Position numbers and translations under genes: made by a program. This document shows, piece after piece, positions 38,546 to 47,954 of a DNA stretch of 64,000 bases. Numbering within the stretch: the stretch's first letter is position 1; each line of letters opens with the position of its first letter. Source of the DNA: Clostridia bacterium (GTDB taxonomy: Bacteria; Bacillota; Clostridia; Oscillospirales; CAG-272). The notes under the pieces were generated by a model. That model saw only the letters and a list, made by a program, of their open reading frames with translations. It was not told the origin of the DNA and did not search any database. The stretch covers positions 31,980 through 95,979 of the forward strand of contig JAFTME010000069.1 in the NCBI GenBank assembly GCA_017452545.1, given 5' to 3'.

Positions 38546-39418
38546 TCATACGGACGTATAAGCCCGTACGATGGTTGCAATGCATTCCTCGACGCTGCCT
38601 ACACACCCGGGCAGATCAATTCCCTGCTTGCGCAACCCGTGAACGAGCGCGGCAGATTGCGGAACGTCAAGCCCGGCTGCGAGCAGCACGTCGGGCTGAG
38701 AGAAAACCTGCTCCGGTGTGCCGTCCATCAGCACGCGCCCATCGTCAATGACAACGATGCGATCCGCACGTGCTGCTTCATTCATATGGTGCGTGATGGT
38801 TAATACGGTGATCCCCTTTTCACGGTGCAGCATTTCAATGGTGTCAACCACCTCGCGGCGACCGAGCGGATCCAACATGGCCGTGGATTCATCAAAGATC
38901 ATGCATTCGGGCATCATAGCGATAATGCCGGCAATGGCAACACGCTGCTTCTGACCGCCGGAGAGCCGATGCGGCTCATGACGGGCATATTCGCGCATAC
39001 CAACCATATCCAGCGCCATATCCACGCGAGTGCGGATTTCCTCAGCGGGAATACCGAGATTTTCCGGACCGAAGGCAACGTCCTCCTCAACCACCGTAGC
39101 AACCAGCTGGTTGTCCGGATTCTGAAAAACCATGCCGACCTTGCGGCGCAGATCAAAAACGTCCTGCTCGGTCATAGCCTCCGCCGTAATATCCCGCCCG
39201 TCAATATAGATCTTTCCGCTTGTCGGCTCCAGGATCAGATTCAAAAGCTTGGCAAAGGTTGATTTTCCCGAGCCGTTGTGCCCGAGGATCGCAACGTATT
39301 CTCCGCGCTCGATCGTCAGATCGACACCGCGAAGCACGGGCTGCATCTCACCCCGCCCCGGCTCCTGATCATTATATGAATACCATAAATTTTCCGTTTT
39401 GATCATTGGCTCAGCCAT
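38546..39418 (-). CDS. ecfA1: ECF transporter ATPase EcfA1
   Basis: Walker A GHNGSGKST, signature LSGGQKQR, Walker B CMIFDEST. Confidence 0.9.
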   Translation of the reverse strand: MAEPMIKTENLWYSYNDQEPGRGEMQPVLRGVDLTIERGEYVAILGHNGSGKSTFAKLLNLILEPTSGKIYIDGRDITAEAMTEQDVFDLRRKVGMVFQNPDNQLVATVVEEDVAFGPENLGIPAEEIRTRVDMALDMVGMREYARHEPHRLSGGQKQRVAIAGIIAMMPECMIFDESTAMLDPLGRREVVDTIEMLHREKGITVLTITHHMNEAARADRIVVIDDGRVLMDGTPEQVFSQPDVLLAAGLDVPQSAALVHGLRKQGIDLPGCVGSVEECIATIVRAYTSV

Positions 39419-39449
39419 AATGACCTCCTATCTGTGATCCATCGTCACA

Positions 39450-40310
39450 TCAAACCGTCCAGCGCGAGCTTGCGCCGCAGGGTAAATAGCCTCCCGTCTG
39501 TGTCACGCGAAGCCCCAGCTCACCCGACTCGATCTTGCCGCCGTATCTTGCTCTCACCTTGAGATCCAGCAGATAGTGCATGGTCATGGGAGACAGTCCG
39601 GTGGTGTAAGAGTTGACCAAGAAGAACAGCGGATCGTCCGAAAGCAATCCCGCCGTCAGTCCAAGCAGCTCGTCAATGCTGTCCTCCAGGCGCCAAACCT
39701 CGCCGCCGGGTCCTCTTCCGTAAGAGGGCGGGTCCATAATAATACCCTCGTATTTATTTCCGCGGCGAAGCTCACGCTCCACAAACTTCTTGCAATCGTC
39801 CACGATATAGCGGATGGGCGCATCCGCCAGCCCGGAGAGTGCTGCGTTCTCCTTTGCCTGTGCGACGATCCCCTTTGCAGCATCCACATGTACAACGGCT
39901 GCACCTGCTTTGGCGGCAGCAACGGTCGCACCACCCGTGTAAGCGAACAAATTCAATACTTTGATCGGGCGGTCAGCCTTGCGGATCAAGCCGGAGAACC
40001 AATCCCAGTTGGCAGCCTGCTCGGGGAAAAGCCCCGTGTGCTTAAAGCCCATGGGGCGCAGCACAAATCCCAGCTCGCCGTAGCGAATATTCCAGTGATC
40101 GGGAAGGTTATTCTTCACCCACGCTCCGCCTCCGGAGGAGGAACGGCGATAGATACCGTCCGCACGCTTCCACGCCGGATGCTTTGCCGTGTTCTTCCAG
40201 ATGACCTGCGGGTCGGGACGAATGAGGATCAGATCGCCCCAGCGCTCCAGACGCTCGCCGTTGGCGGTGTCCAGCAGCTCGTAATCCTTCCAGTTTTCTG
40301 CACTCCACAT
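39450..40310 (-). CDS. Class I SAM-dependent methyltransferase (RlmI/YwbD-like catalytic domain)
   Basis: SAM-binding motif VLNLFAYTGGATVAAA and DPPSYGRG motif IV. Confidence 0.8.
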   Translation of the reverse strand: MWSAENWKDYELLDTANGERLERWGDLILIRPDPQVIWKNTAKHPAWKRADGIYRRSSSGGGAWVKNNLPDHWNIRYGELGFVLRPMGFKHTGLFPEQAANWDWFSGLIRKADRPIKVLNLFAYTGGATVAAAKAGAAVVHVDAAKGIVAQAKENAALSGLADAPIRYIVDDCKKFVERELRRGNKYEGIIMDPPSYGRGPGGEVWRLEDSIDELLGLTAGLLSDDPLFFLVNSYTTGLSPMTMHYLLDLKVRARYGGKIESGELGLRVTQTGGYLPCGASSRWTV

Positions 40311-40334
40311 ATGATATACCGTCCTTTCGATGGT

Positions 40335-40835
40335 TTAAACCTGATTGTAATAGGATGCCAGACGCGAGGTGCCGCTGTGCGCGTGCGTAACCGCAACTGC
40401 GAGCGCATCCGCCGTATCGTCGGGCTTGGGCGGCTTTTCCAGCCCCAGCATCATGGTGACCATGGTAATGACCTGCTTTTTCTCTGCCCGTCCGTAACCT
40501 ACGACCGACTGCTTAACCTGCAGCGGCGTATATTCCGCGATGCTCAAGCCGCAGCGCTGAGCGGCAAGCAGGATGACGCCGCGCGCCTCGGCAACGCGGA
40601 TCGCCGTCGTTTGGTTGGTGTTGAAGAACAGCTCTTCCACCGCCATCGCCACCGGCTTGTATTTCTGAATGATTGCCGTCAGCTCCTCAAAAATGGTATT
40701 GAGTCGCTGCTGCGTCGTATGCTCCTTCGGCGTTTGGATCGAACCGTAAGCCAAGGTCTTGAATTTGAAGCCGTTATATTCTATAACCCCCCAGCCGACA
40801 ATGGCAATTCCGGGGTCAATTCCCAAAATAATCAA
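40335..40835 (-). CDS. ruvC: Crossover junction endodeoxyribonuclease RuvC
   Basis: (L)IILGIDPGIAIVGWG catalytic start. TTG at 40835 with a GAGGTG RBS gives the typical length of about 166 aa; the track ORF begins at 40868. Confidence 0.9.
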   Translation of the reverse strand: MIILGIDPGIAIVGWGVIEYNGFKFKTLAYGSIQTPKEHTTQQRLNTIFEELTAIIQKYKPVAMAVEELFFNTNQTTAIRVAEARGVILLAAQRCGLSIAEYTPLQVKQSVVGYGRAEKKQVITMVTMMLGLEKPPKPDDTADALAVAVTHAHSGTSRLASYYNQV

Positions 40836-41027
40836 GTAAGACACCTCGCTCCGCTTCATTTTTCGCAAAAATATCCATGATACCTATATCTTGACATTAT
40901 ATCATACCACAAAATCAGGAATAAGTCAAATATATATTGAAAACTTTCATAAAAAATTCACCAATAACACAAATTTTTCCAAAGACCTGCTCCGATAAAA
41001 AATTTAAGTAAAAAATTAAGTAAACGC

Positions 41028-41056
41028 TTGCTTTTTCCTATCAATTCATGTATAAT
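41028..41056 (+). promoter_or_regulatory. Sigma-A-type promoter of the large lipoprotein gene
   Basis: TTGCTT (41028-41033), 17-nt spacer, TATAAT (41051-41056). Confidence 0.5.
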
Positions 41057-41108
41057 GATAGAAAGGATTGCCCATGGGCAATTTTTATTTCAGGAAGGAG
41101 TGTTCCCT

Positions 41109-44100
41109 ATGAAAAAAATGTTTCGAACGGTCGTCCTTCTGGTGCTGTGCCTCTCACTTGTGATGAGTGCATTTGTAGGCTGCAAAACACCGGAAGAAGA
41201 CGATCCCCCTGCAAAGGAAATGCTTACTATCATTGACGGAGCAACCGATTATAAGGTGATCCGCAGTGATTTGAGCACCAAGGATGTCACCATGGCAGCA
41301 GTCGATCTGCGTAAGGCTCTGATTGCCGCAACCGGTGTCGAAATCGCCATTGAATCCGACTATGTAGAGCGTGGTAAGGAGATCCCCGCCGACACGCTTG
41401 AAATCCTGGTAGGCGCTACCAACCGCGCCGAAAGCGAGCAGGTGCTTGCAACGCTTGGTGAAAACGAATACAGCATCAGCGTCGTCGGCAACCGCGTCGT
41501 TATCGTCGGCTCGACGGACGAAGCGACCATCGCCGCAGTCGATGCGTTCATTTCTCAGATCCTCGGCTACAACAAAGAAACCGAAACCTATGCAGTCAAT
41601 AAGCTGCAGATGGAAAAGGATTATTCCAAGAAGGCAACCTTTGTTCCTGCCCCTGTTGAGGATGATCCCTATACTCCTCCCGTGTTTACTCCCGTAGAGG
41701 GCGAGCAGAACAAGCCCACCTTCTCCCCCGCCAAGTATATCGTTCCTACATATTCCATTGAAAACGGCCTGTACGTTCAGAATTACAAAGCGTTTGATCT
41801 GCAGGGTGTCAGAACCACCTTCCAGACGGGCGCATCCTACGCGGACAGCCGTGCGATCAACTCCGACTCCATCATGGTCTATTCGACCTCTGCCGGAACC
41901 TTCAAGAGCTGGTACGACTCCGAGGATTTCGTCATCGATATGATGATCGCGATCAACCGTGCCAACCAGAACTACCTTAATCTGGATCCCGACAACAAGA
42001 ACGATATCCAGACCGACTCTGCCGGCAACTATCTCGAGCACTCTACCGGTGGCTCCTGGTATATGGTTCCCTCTGAGAACTGGATCGAGTACGTTTGGTC
42101 CACCATGCTGCTGCCCATGATCGAGCAGTATCACCCTCAGACCATCGCGCTGGAGGAGCCCGAGATGTGGATCCGCTCCGGCTATTCTCAGACTTTCAAG
42201 GACGAATGGGAAGCGTTTTACGGTGAGGAATGGGAAGCTCCCAACTCCTCCGCAGCGGCCAACCTGAAGGCAAACCTGCTCAAGACTTATTTGTTTGAGC
42301 GTATCCTTGAGGAGCTGTGTGCCCGCATTGAAGAGGTCTCCCCCAATACGCAGGTCTACATTGCAACGCACAGTACCGTCAACTACGCAGCCTGGTCGAT
42401 CACAGCAGGTCTGAATACCTATCTGGCACTGGATTGCCTGGACGGCGTTATCGGTCAGACCTGGGCAGATACGCATAATTCCAAGTTCCCCTACAATGGC
42501 TCTTCCATTAACGATAACTTCACCAATGCTTTCATTGAGTATTCCTCCTACGTAGACTCTGTAGAGGGCACCAATTTCTATGCACTGGCTGACCCGATGA
42601 TGGATAACACCAGCAGAACCGAAGAGGGCTGCCAGTATATGTACCGTCAGTCTATCGCAGCGCAGCTCATGCAGCCCGAGATCCATCGCTTTGAGATCCT
42701 TCCCTGGGTCGACCGCGCATTTGAAAACGTTTCCGGCGCGTACCGCACGGTACAGTCCTCCATCTTTGCGATGCTCAACGATCTGGGCGGCGAGGAGGTC
42801 ACGCTGAGAGCAGGTACTCCCGGCATCGCATATCTCGCATCCGATTCTCTGTCCTGGATGAACACCGGCGCCGGCTGGGCTTACAACCCCACCGACGGTA
42901 TGTACGGTCTTTGCGCACCGCTGGTTCGTGATGGCATTCCCGTCAAGATGAAGGCGATGGAGCAGATCTACACCGCAGAGGATCTCAGTGGCGTCACGCT
43001 GCTGCTGGCAAGCTTTGATACCTCTGTTCCGCTGACCGAAGAGGTCAATGTGGCAATCGCAGATTGGGTCAAGGCAGGCGGTACGCTGCTCTACGTTTCC
43101 GGTTATAACCAATATTGGGATATCGACGATTATTTCTTCTGGGCGGATGACATTACGCCGCTGTATAACCTCTTGCGTCACCTCGGTCTTGAGAACATCA
43201 AAGTCAAGACGACCGATAACGGCGTTCAATCCAACTCCCGCCTCTCCGCTGTGGATGACTACCTTGAAATCTTCAACGGTCACACACTTACCTCCTACGC
43301 TGCCGGCGCGATCACCTTTGAGGGCGCCGAGACGCCTCTGCTTAAGGCAGGCGATAAGACGATCGCGTTTGAAGAAAGCGTCGGCAAGGGTCAGATCGTC
43401 GTATGCGGTATTCCCACCGCTGCATTTGCCGTCTATAAGGGCGGTGCCCCCATGCTCCGTACGCTGGTCGAGTATGCACTGGATTACACCGACATGAACT
43501 ATGTCTCCTCCGATATGATGGTCGTTAAGCGCGGCAAGTACGTTATCGCACACGCGTTTGATACCGCAGAGGAGCTGGAAGGCACGTACATCAATCTCTT
43601 CGACCCTTACCTTTGTGTCATGGAGGATCCCACCGTTCCCAAGGAGGACAGCCTTGTTCTCGTTGACATCACCGACATTGATCTCTCCGTTCCTCGCCTC
43701 GGATTTACCTCCGGTGAGCTGAAGGGTGAGGTTGAGGAGACTGCAAACACCACGACCTACGTTGTCACCGGCGCCGGCAACTCTATTGTTGCAAACCGCC
43801 TGCTGGCTCCCAAGGGCAAGTATCCGCAGAAGGTCACCATCACCAACGAGGACGGCAAGGAGCAGGTCATGCTCTCCTTCGTATGGGACGATGACTCCAA
43901 CTCCGTCCGCTTTACCTTCGACGCGGCCGTCAAGCCCTTGACCGTTACCGTAACCTGGGGCACCGAGAAAACGCTGCTTTCCTCTGCCGGCTATGTATAT
44001 GAAGAGGTCATGATCCTGGCAAACAATCAAAACCTTGATGCAGATTATCTGATCACAAACACCGCACAGGCAAACAACGGCCTGCGCTACTGCGACCTTG

Positions 44101-44972
44101 CAGGACAGCTTGTTTATAAGTTTGATACCACCGAATATGATTCTCCCGTCTACCACTTCTCTACCTCTCAGAACTACATCTTTGAGGTTTCCGGCGACGG
44201 TAAGAACTGGACTATGATCGCCGATTATTCCAAGGGTGGCACAGTTCCGCATATCCGTGATGCAAGCAACGCTACCACCATCGTTATCGATCCCATCGAT
44301 TATGAGGACGTGGACGACTCCGGTACCCTTTACGTTCGCGTACGCAACAGCAATACCTCGATGGGCTGGGGCGGTACCGTATCCAGAATCGTTATCCGTC
44401 ATAAGGTAGAGGCTGAGGCTACTACCGGTGAGACCGGCGAGTGGCTGGTCGGCATTAACCCGACCTCCGCAATCGACGACAAGGGCATTTCTACTCCTGC
44501 TGCACAGGCAGACGAAAAGAAGTATCTGGTTAAGTCCGCAAACGGTATCAACACCTACCACCGTAAGGTCATGACCAACGCAAGCAACCTCGACCTTGAT
44601 TTCATTGTCCTCAATACGGCTGCATCCAACCCCAGCATTCGCTTCTGCGACAATGTCGGCCAGGTTGTTTACAAGTTCGATCTGAGCGATATGAAATCCT
44701 TCGATCTCTCGCTCCGCATTTATCAGAACTATCTGCTCGAGGTCAGCACCGACAACAAGAACTGGGAGGTCGTAGCCGACTATTCCCAGGGCGGCACGAT
44801 ACCGCATTTGACCACCGGTGGTAATGACGTAACCATCGAAATCGACGTATTCGAGTATGCAGACAAGGGTACTCCCTATTTCTACGTGCGCCTGTCCAAT
44901 ACCAATACCGCTATGGGTTGGGGTGGCTCGATCCGCTATTTTGAAATGGATTACACCAAGCCTGCGAAATAA
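41109..44972 (+). CDS. Large secreted lipoprotein of unknown function (1287 aa), glycoside-hydrolase-like architecture suspected
   Basis: GGAAGGAG RBS. Signal peptide plus lipobox (LSLVMSAFVG-C). N-terminal alpha/beta domain reminiscent of GH N-terminal domains, a central region, and two C-terminal repeat modules. Confidence 0.85.
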   Translation: MKKMFRTVVLLVLCLSLVMSAFVGCKTPEEDDPPAKEMLTIIDGATDYKVIRSDLSTKDVTMAAVDLRKALIAATGVEIAIESDYVERGKEIPADTLEILVGATNRAESEQVLATLGENEYSISVVGNRVVIVGSTDEATIAAVDAFISQILGYNKETETYAVNKLQMEKDYSKKATFVPAPVEDDPYTPPVFTPVEGEQNKPTFSPAKYIVPTYSIENGLYVQNYKAFDLQGVRTTFQTGASYADSRAINSDSIMVYSTSAGTFKSWYDSEDFVIDMMIAINRANQNYLNLDPDNKNDIQTDSAGNYLEHSTGGSWYMVPSENWIEYVWSTMLLPMIEQYHPQTIALEEPEMWIRSGYSQTFKDEWEAFYGEEWEAPNSSAAANLKANLLKTYLFERILEELCARIEEVSPNTQVYIATHSTVNYAAWSITAGLNTYLALDCLDGVIGQTWADTHNSKFPYNGSSINDNFTNAFIEYSSYVDSVEGTNFYALADPMMDNTSRTEEGCQYMYRQSIAAQLMQPEIHRFEILPWVDRAFENVSGAYRTVQSSIFAMLNDLGGEEVTLRAGTPGIAYLASDSLSWMNTGAGWAYNPTDGMYGLCAPLVRDGIPVKMKAMEQIYTAEDLSGVTLLLASFDTSVPLTEEVNVAIADWVKAGGTLLYVSGYNQYWDIDDYFFWADDITPLYNLLRHLGLENIKVKTTDNGVQSNSRLSAVDDYLEIFNGHTLTSYAAGAITFEGAETPLLKAGDKTIAFEESVGKGQIVVCGIPTAAFAVYKGGAPMLRTLVEYALDYTDMNYVSSDMMVVKRGKYVIAHAFDTAEELEGTYINLFDPYLCVMEDPTVPKEDSLVLVDITDIDLSVPRLGFTSGELKGEVEETANTTTYVVTGAGNSIVANRLLAPKGKYPQKVTITNEDGKEQVMLSFVWDDDSNSVRFTFDAAVKPLTVTVTWGTEKTLLSSAGYVYEEVMILANNQNLDADYLITNTAQANNGLRYCDLAGQLVYKFDTTEYDSPVYHFSTSQNYIFEVSGDGKNWTMIADYSKGGTVPHIRDASNATTIVIDPIDYEDVDDSGTLYVRVRNSNTSMGWGGTVSRIVIRHKVEAEATTGETGEWLVGINPTSAIDDKGISTPAAQADEKKYLVKSANGINTYHRKVMTNASNLDLDFIVLNTAASNPSIRFCDNVGQVVYKFDLSDMKSFDLSLRIYQNYLLEVSTDNKNWEVVADYSQGGTIPHLTTGGNDVTIEIDVFEYADKGTPYFYVRLSNTNTAMGWGGSIRYFEMDYTKPAK
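44022..44405 (+). repeat. C-terminal module copy 1 (about 128 aa) of the lipoprotein
   Basis: NLDADYLITNTAQ..RYCDLAGQLVYKFD..QNYIFEVSGDGKNWTMIADYSKGGTVPH..YVRVRNSNTSMGWGG. By eye it aligns with copy 2 at roughly 40-45% identity. Confidence 0.8.
44577..44954 (+). repeat. C-terminal module copy 2 (about 126 aa) of the lipoprotein
   Basis: NLDLDFIVLNTAA..RFCDNVGQVVYKFD..QNYLLEVSTDNKNWEVVADYSQGGTIPH..YVRLSNTNTAMGWGG. Confidence 0.8.
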
Positions 44973-44984
44973 AACAGCATAAAA

Positions 44985-45030
44985 GCCTTGTGGCTGCCTC
45001 GCAAATGCGAGGCAGCCACAAGGCTCTTTT
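44985..45030. terminator. Strong bidirectional terminator
   Basis: 18-bp perfect stem: GCCTTGTGGCTGCCTCGC-AAAT-GCGAGGCAGCCACAAGGC. A-run upstream and T-run downstream. Confidence 0.85.
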
Positions 45031-45039
45031 ATTGAGTAA

Positions 45040-45963
45040 TTACTTCAAAAATCCGTTGACGATCTGCTCCTCAGCCTCAGCCTCAGTCAAGCCAAGCGTC
45101 ATCAGCTTGGTCAACTGCTCGCCTGCGATCTTACCGATGGCAGCCTCGTGGATGAGCGAGGCCTCCACATGGTTTGCCACGACCTCAGGGATGGCGCTGA
45201 CACTGGCGCTGTCCATGATAATGGCATCACATTCCGAATGTCCCATGCAGCGATTGTTTCCGCGAATGTTGGAAATAAATATCTGTCTGGAGTTTTCCTT
45301 GGCGACCGAGCGCGATACCAGATTACAAGCGCAGCCCTCGCCGTTCATATCGACCGTAAAATCGGTTTTTGCCAGCTGCGAGCCGTGCGTCATGATCTTC
45401 TCACGAATGGTCAGTGAAGCGCCTGCGGCAAGCGTTGCCGTCGTTTTTCTCTCGGTGGAATCGACACCCTTGATCTGCGTCGTTTCCATCTCCATGGTGG
45501 AATCCTCCGCCATCTCAATGACCGTGTGCGGGTTCATGATGCGCTGTCCGTTTCCATCGCCGTCACCATAGTGCTTTTCGACGTAGCGAACCTTTGCACC
45601 CTTGCCGACGAAAAAGGAATGAATGCCGTCGTGGCGGGATTCTTGATTGCCGCAGTTATGAATACCGCAGCCCGCAATAATGGTCACATCGGCGTCCTCG
45701 CCGATAATAAAATCGTTATAGACCATCTCCGTAAGACCGCTCTGGCTCAGAATGACGGGAATATGAACGCTTTCATTTTTTGTTCCGGGGCGAATGATAA
45801 TATCAATGCCCTGCTTGTCCGTTTTGGTTACAATATCGATATTGGCAGTGGTGGAACGAGCCACGCTGCTGCCATCCGAACGAATATTATACGCTCCCTC
45901 GGGAACGCCGTGCAGGTCTGCGACCTCGCGCAAAAGCTGCTTTTGAATTGCATCAAGTGCCAT
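45040..45963 (-). CDS. sufB: SufB/SufD family Fe-S cluster assembly protein
   Basis: SufBD beta-helix domain similarity (…IIAGCGIHNCGNQESRHDGIHSF…). It lies immediately downstream of sufC. Confidence 0.85.
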   Translation of the reverse strand: MALDAIQKQLLREVADLHGVPEGAYNIRSDGSSVARSTTANIDIVTKTDKQGIDIIIRPGTKNESVHIPVILSQSGLTEMVYNDFIIGEDADVTIIAGCGIHNCGNQESRHDGIHSFFVGKGAKVRYVEKHYGDGDGNGQRIMNPHTVIEMAEDSTMEMETTQIKGVDSTERKTTATLAAGASLTIREKIMTHGSQLAKTDFTVDMNGEGCACNLVSRSVAKENSRQIFISNIRGNNRCMGHSECDAIIMDSASVSAIPEVVANHVEASLIHEAAIGKIAGEQLTKLMTLGLTEAEAEEQIVNGFLK

Positions 45964-45977
45964 TTATTTGTCCTCCT

Positions 45978-46712
45978 TTACGAAAGCTTGTCCAGAAGCG
46001 TAGGACATGCGGCGGAGGAACGCAGCAGCTCGGGCAGAACCTCCTCGCGGTCTCCGACCGCACGCAGCTTACCGTCCGCGACGACAATGATCTTGTCCGC
46101 GATATTCAAAATACGCTCCTGATGCGAAATGATCAGAATAGAGCCGTTGATCTTGCTGTGCATTTTCTCGAAGACGGTGATCAGATTACCAAAGCTCCAA
46201 AGGTCAATGCCCGCCTCGGGCTCATCGAATACAGACAGCTTGGTGCCGCGCGCCAGAACGGTTGCGATCTCAATTCTCTTGAGCTCACCGCCCGAAAGGC
46301 TGGCGTCTACCTCACGGTTGATATAATCTCTGGCACACAGGCCAACCTCGCTCAGATAAGAGCAGGCCTCGGTGATGGTAAGCTTGCGACCTGCAGCAAG
46401 GTTGATCAGATCGTTGACGGTGATCCCTTTAAAACGCACCGGCTGCTGGAAGGCGAAGCTGATGCCAAGCTTTGCGCGCTCGGTAATACCAAGATCGGTC
46501 ACATCCTCTCCGTCGAGCAAAATCTGTCCCGATGTCGGCTTGACAATGCCGGCAATGATCTTTGCCAGCGTGGATTTTCCGCCGCCGTTCGGACCCGTGA
46601 TCGCAACAAAACGCTCACTGATGGTAAAACTGACGTCCTGTAATATTTCTTTATCTCCGCTCTCGCCGTTTTCCAGCGGAACGCGATAGCTTACGTTTTT
46701 TAACTCTAACAT
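45978..46712 (-). CDS. sufC: Fe-S cluster assembly ATPase SufC
   Basis: Walker A GPNGGGKST, signature LSGGELKR, Walker B LSVFDEPEAGID. Confidence 0.9.
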   Translation of the reverse strand: MLELKNVSYRVPLENGESGDKEILQDVSFTISERFVAITGPNGGGKSTLAKIIAGIVKPTSGQILLDGEDVTDLGITERAKLGISFAFQQPVRFKGITVNDLINLAAGRKLTITEACSYLSEVGLCARDYINREVDASLSGGELKRIEIATVLARGTKLSVFDEPEAGIDLWSFGNLITVFEKMHSKINGSILIISHQERILNIADKIIVVADGKLRAVGDREEVLPELLRSSAACPTLLDKLS

Positions 46713-46901
46713 AGTCTATTCAATCCTCTCTGCCGCATCCTGTCAGTCTGCGGCGTATGTAGCTTCAATCATTGGCAGTGCCCATCGCACCCCAGCATAT
46801 TCTACCACAAATTCCCGCAATTTACAACACCTTTTGAAAATTTCAGCGAGAATTTATGCCGAATATCGCCACCGGCAATTTCATTATCATGTCAATTACG
46901 G

Positions 46902-46936
46902 CAAAAACAGCGGTGGAGCGTATACTCCACCGCTGT
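46902..46936 (-). terminator. Intrinsic terminator after recR
   Basis: ACAGCGGTGGAG (46907-46918) pairs with CTCCACCGCTGT (46925-46936). A U-run follows on the minus strand (46902-46906). Confidence 0.75.
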
Positions 46937-46938
46937 TT

Positions 46939-47571
46939 TTATAAGGATGCATCGGACGAAGAACCGTCCCCAACGTCACGTCGCCCCGCAAGTGCGCGGT
47001 ACAGCGTGACCTCGTCCGCATATTCAAGATCGGCACCAACGGGAATTCCGTAAGCCAGCCGCGTAACCTTAATGCCGAGCGGGCTGATCAGACGGGAGAT
47101 GTACATCGCCGTTGCCTCGCCTTCAATATCGGCATTGGTCGCCACGATGATCTCCTTGATACGCTCGTCCTCGCCAATACGGGCAAGCAGCTCCTTGAGC
47201 TTGATCTGGTCAGGTGTTACACCGCTCATTGGCGAGATCAAGCCGTGCAGCACGTGATACGTGCCGCGGTATTCCCTTACCTTTTCCATCGCCATGACCG
47301 TTCTCGGATCCTCAACAACACAAACGATCGACGGATCGCGCGCCTCGTCGCGACAAACGGCACAAAGCTCTCGGTCGGTCAGATTCTGACAAACCGGGCA
47401 AAGATGGATCTTTTCCTTTGCGGTCAGAATGGCATCGGCAAACGCCTGCGCCTCCTCCATCGTCATATCAAGCACCGAATACGCCAAGCGCATTGCGGTT
47501 TTTCTGCCAACTCCCTCCAGCCGTCCGAACTGCTCGGAAAGGTGCTGGAGAGACTCCATGTATTCAGCCAT
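46939..47571 (-). CDS. recR: Recombination protein RecR
   Basis: HhH motif, C4 zinc finger (CPVCQNL...CAVC) and Toprim domain. Confidence 0.95.
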   Translation of the reverse strand: MAEYMESLQHLSEQFGRLEGVGRKTAMRLAYSVLDMTMEEAQAFADAILTAKEKIHLCPVCQNLTDRELCAVCRDEARDPSIVCVVEDPRTVMAMEKVREYRGTYHVLHGLISPMSGVTPDQIKLKELLARIGEDERIKEIIVATNADIEGEATAMYISRLISPLGIKVTRLAYGIPVGADLEYADEVTLYRALAGRRDVGDGSSSDASL

Positions 47572-47575
47572 GAAA

Positions 47576-47923
47576 TCAGAACAAGCCGGGCATATTCATA
47601 CCGCCCGTTACCTTTTCCATTGCCTCGTTGTTGGTCGTATCCACGTGACGGATCGCCTGATTTACAGCTGCGACCAGAATATCGGACAGTGTTTCAATAT
47701 CGTCGGGATCAACGATCTCAGGCTTGATATCGATGGAGAGGATCTCCTTCTTACCGGTGATCTTGACGGTAACCATACCGCCGCCTGCGGAAATATCGTA
47801 TTCCTTTTCGTCCAGCTCTGCCTGAAGATTCTGCATATCCTCCTGCATCTTCTGCGCCTGGCGGATCATTGCCTGCATATTCTGGGGACCGCCGCCCATG
47901 CCCTTAGGTAAATTTGCTCTCAT
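47576..47923 (-). CDS. ybaB: Nucleoid-associated protein YbaB/EbfC
   Basis: Typical YbaB sequence ([19 protein letters not shown]...[11 protein letters not shown]). Conserved dnaX-ybaB-recR order. Confidence 0.9.
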   Translation of the reverse strand: MRANLPKGMGGGPQNMQAMIRQAQKMQEDMQNLQAELDEKEYDISAGGGMVTVKITGKKEILSIDIKPEIVDPDDIETLSDILVAAVNQAIRHVDTTNNEAMEKVTGGMNMPGLF

Positions 47924-47954
47924 GTGTTTCGTCTCCTTTTTATATTATCAAATA

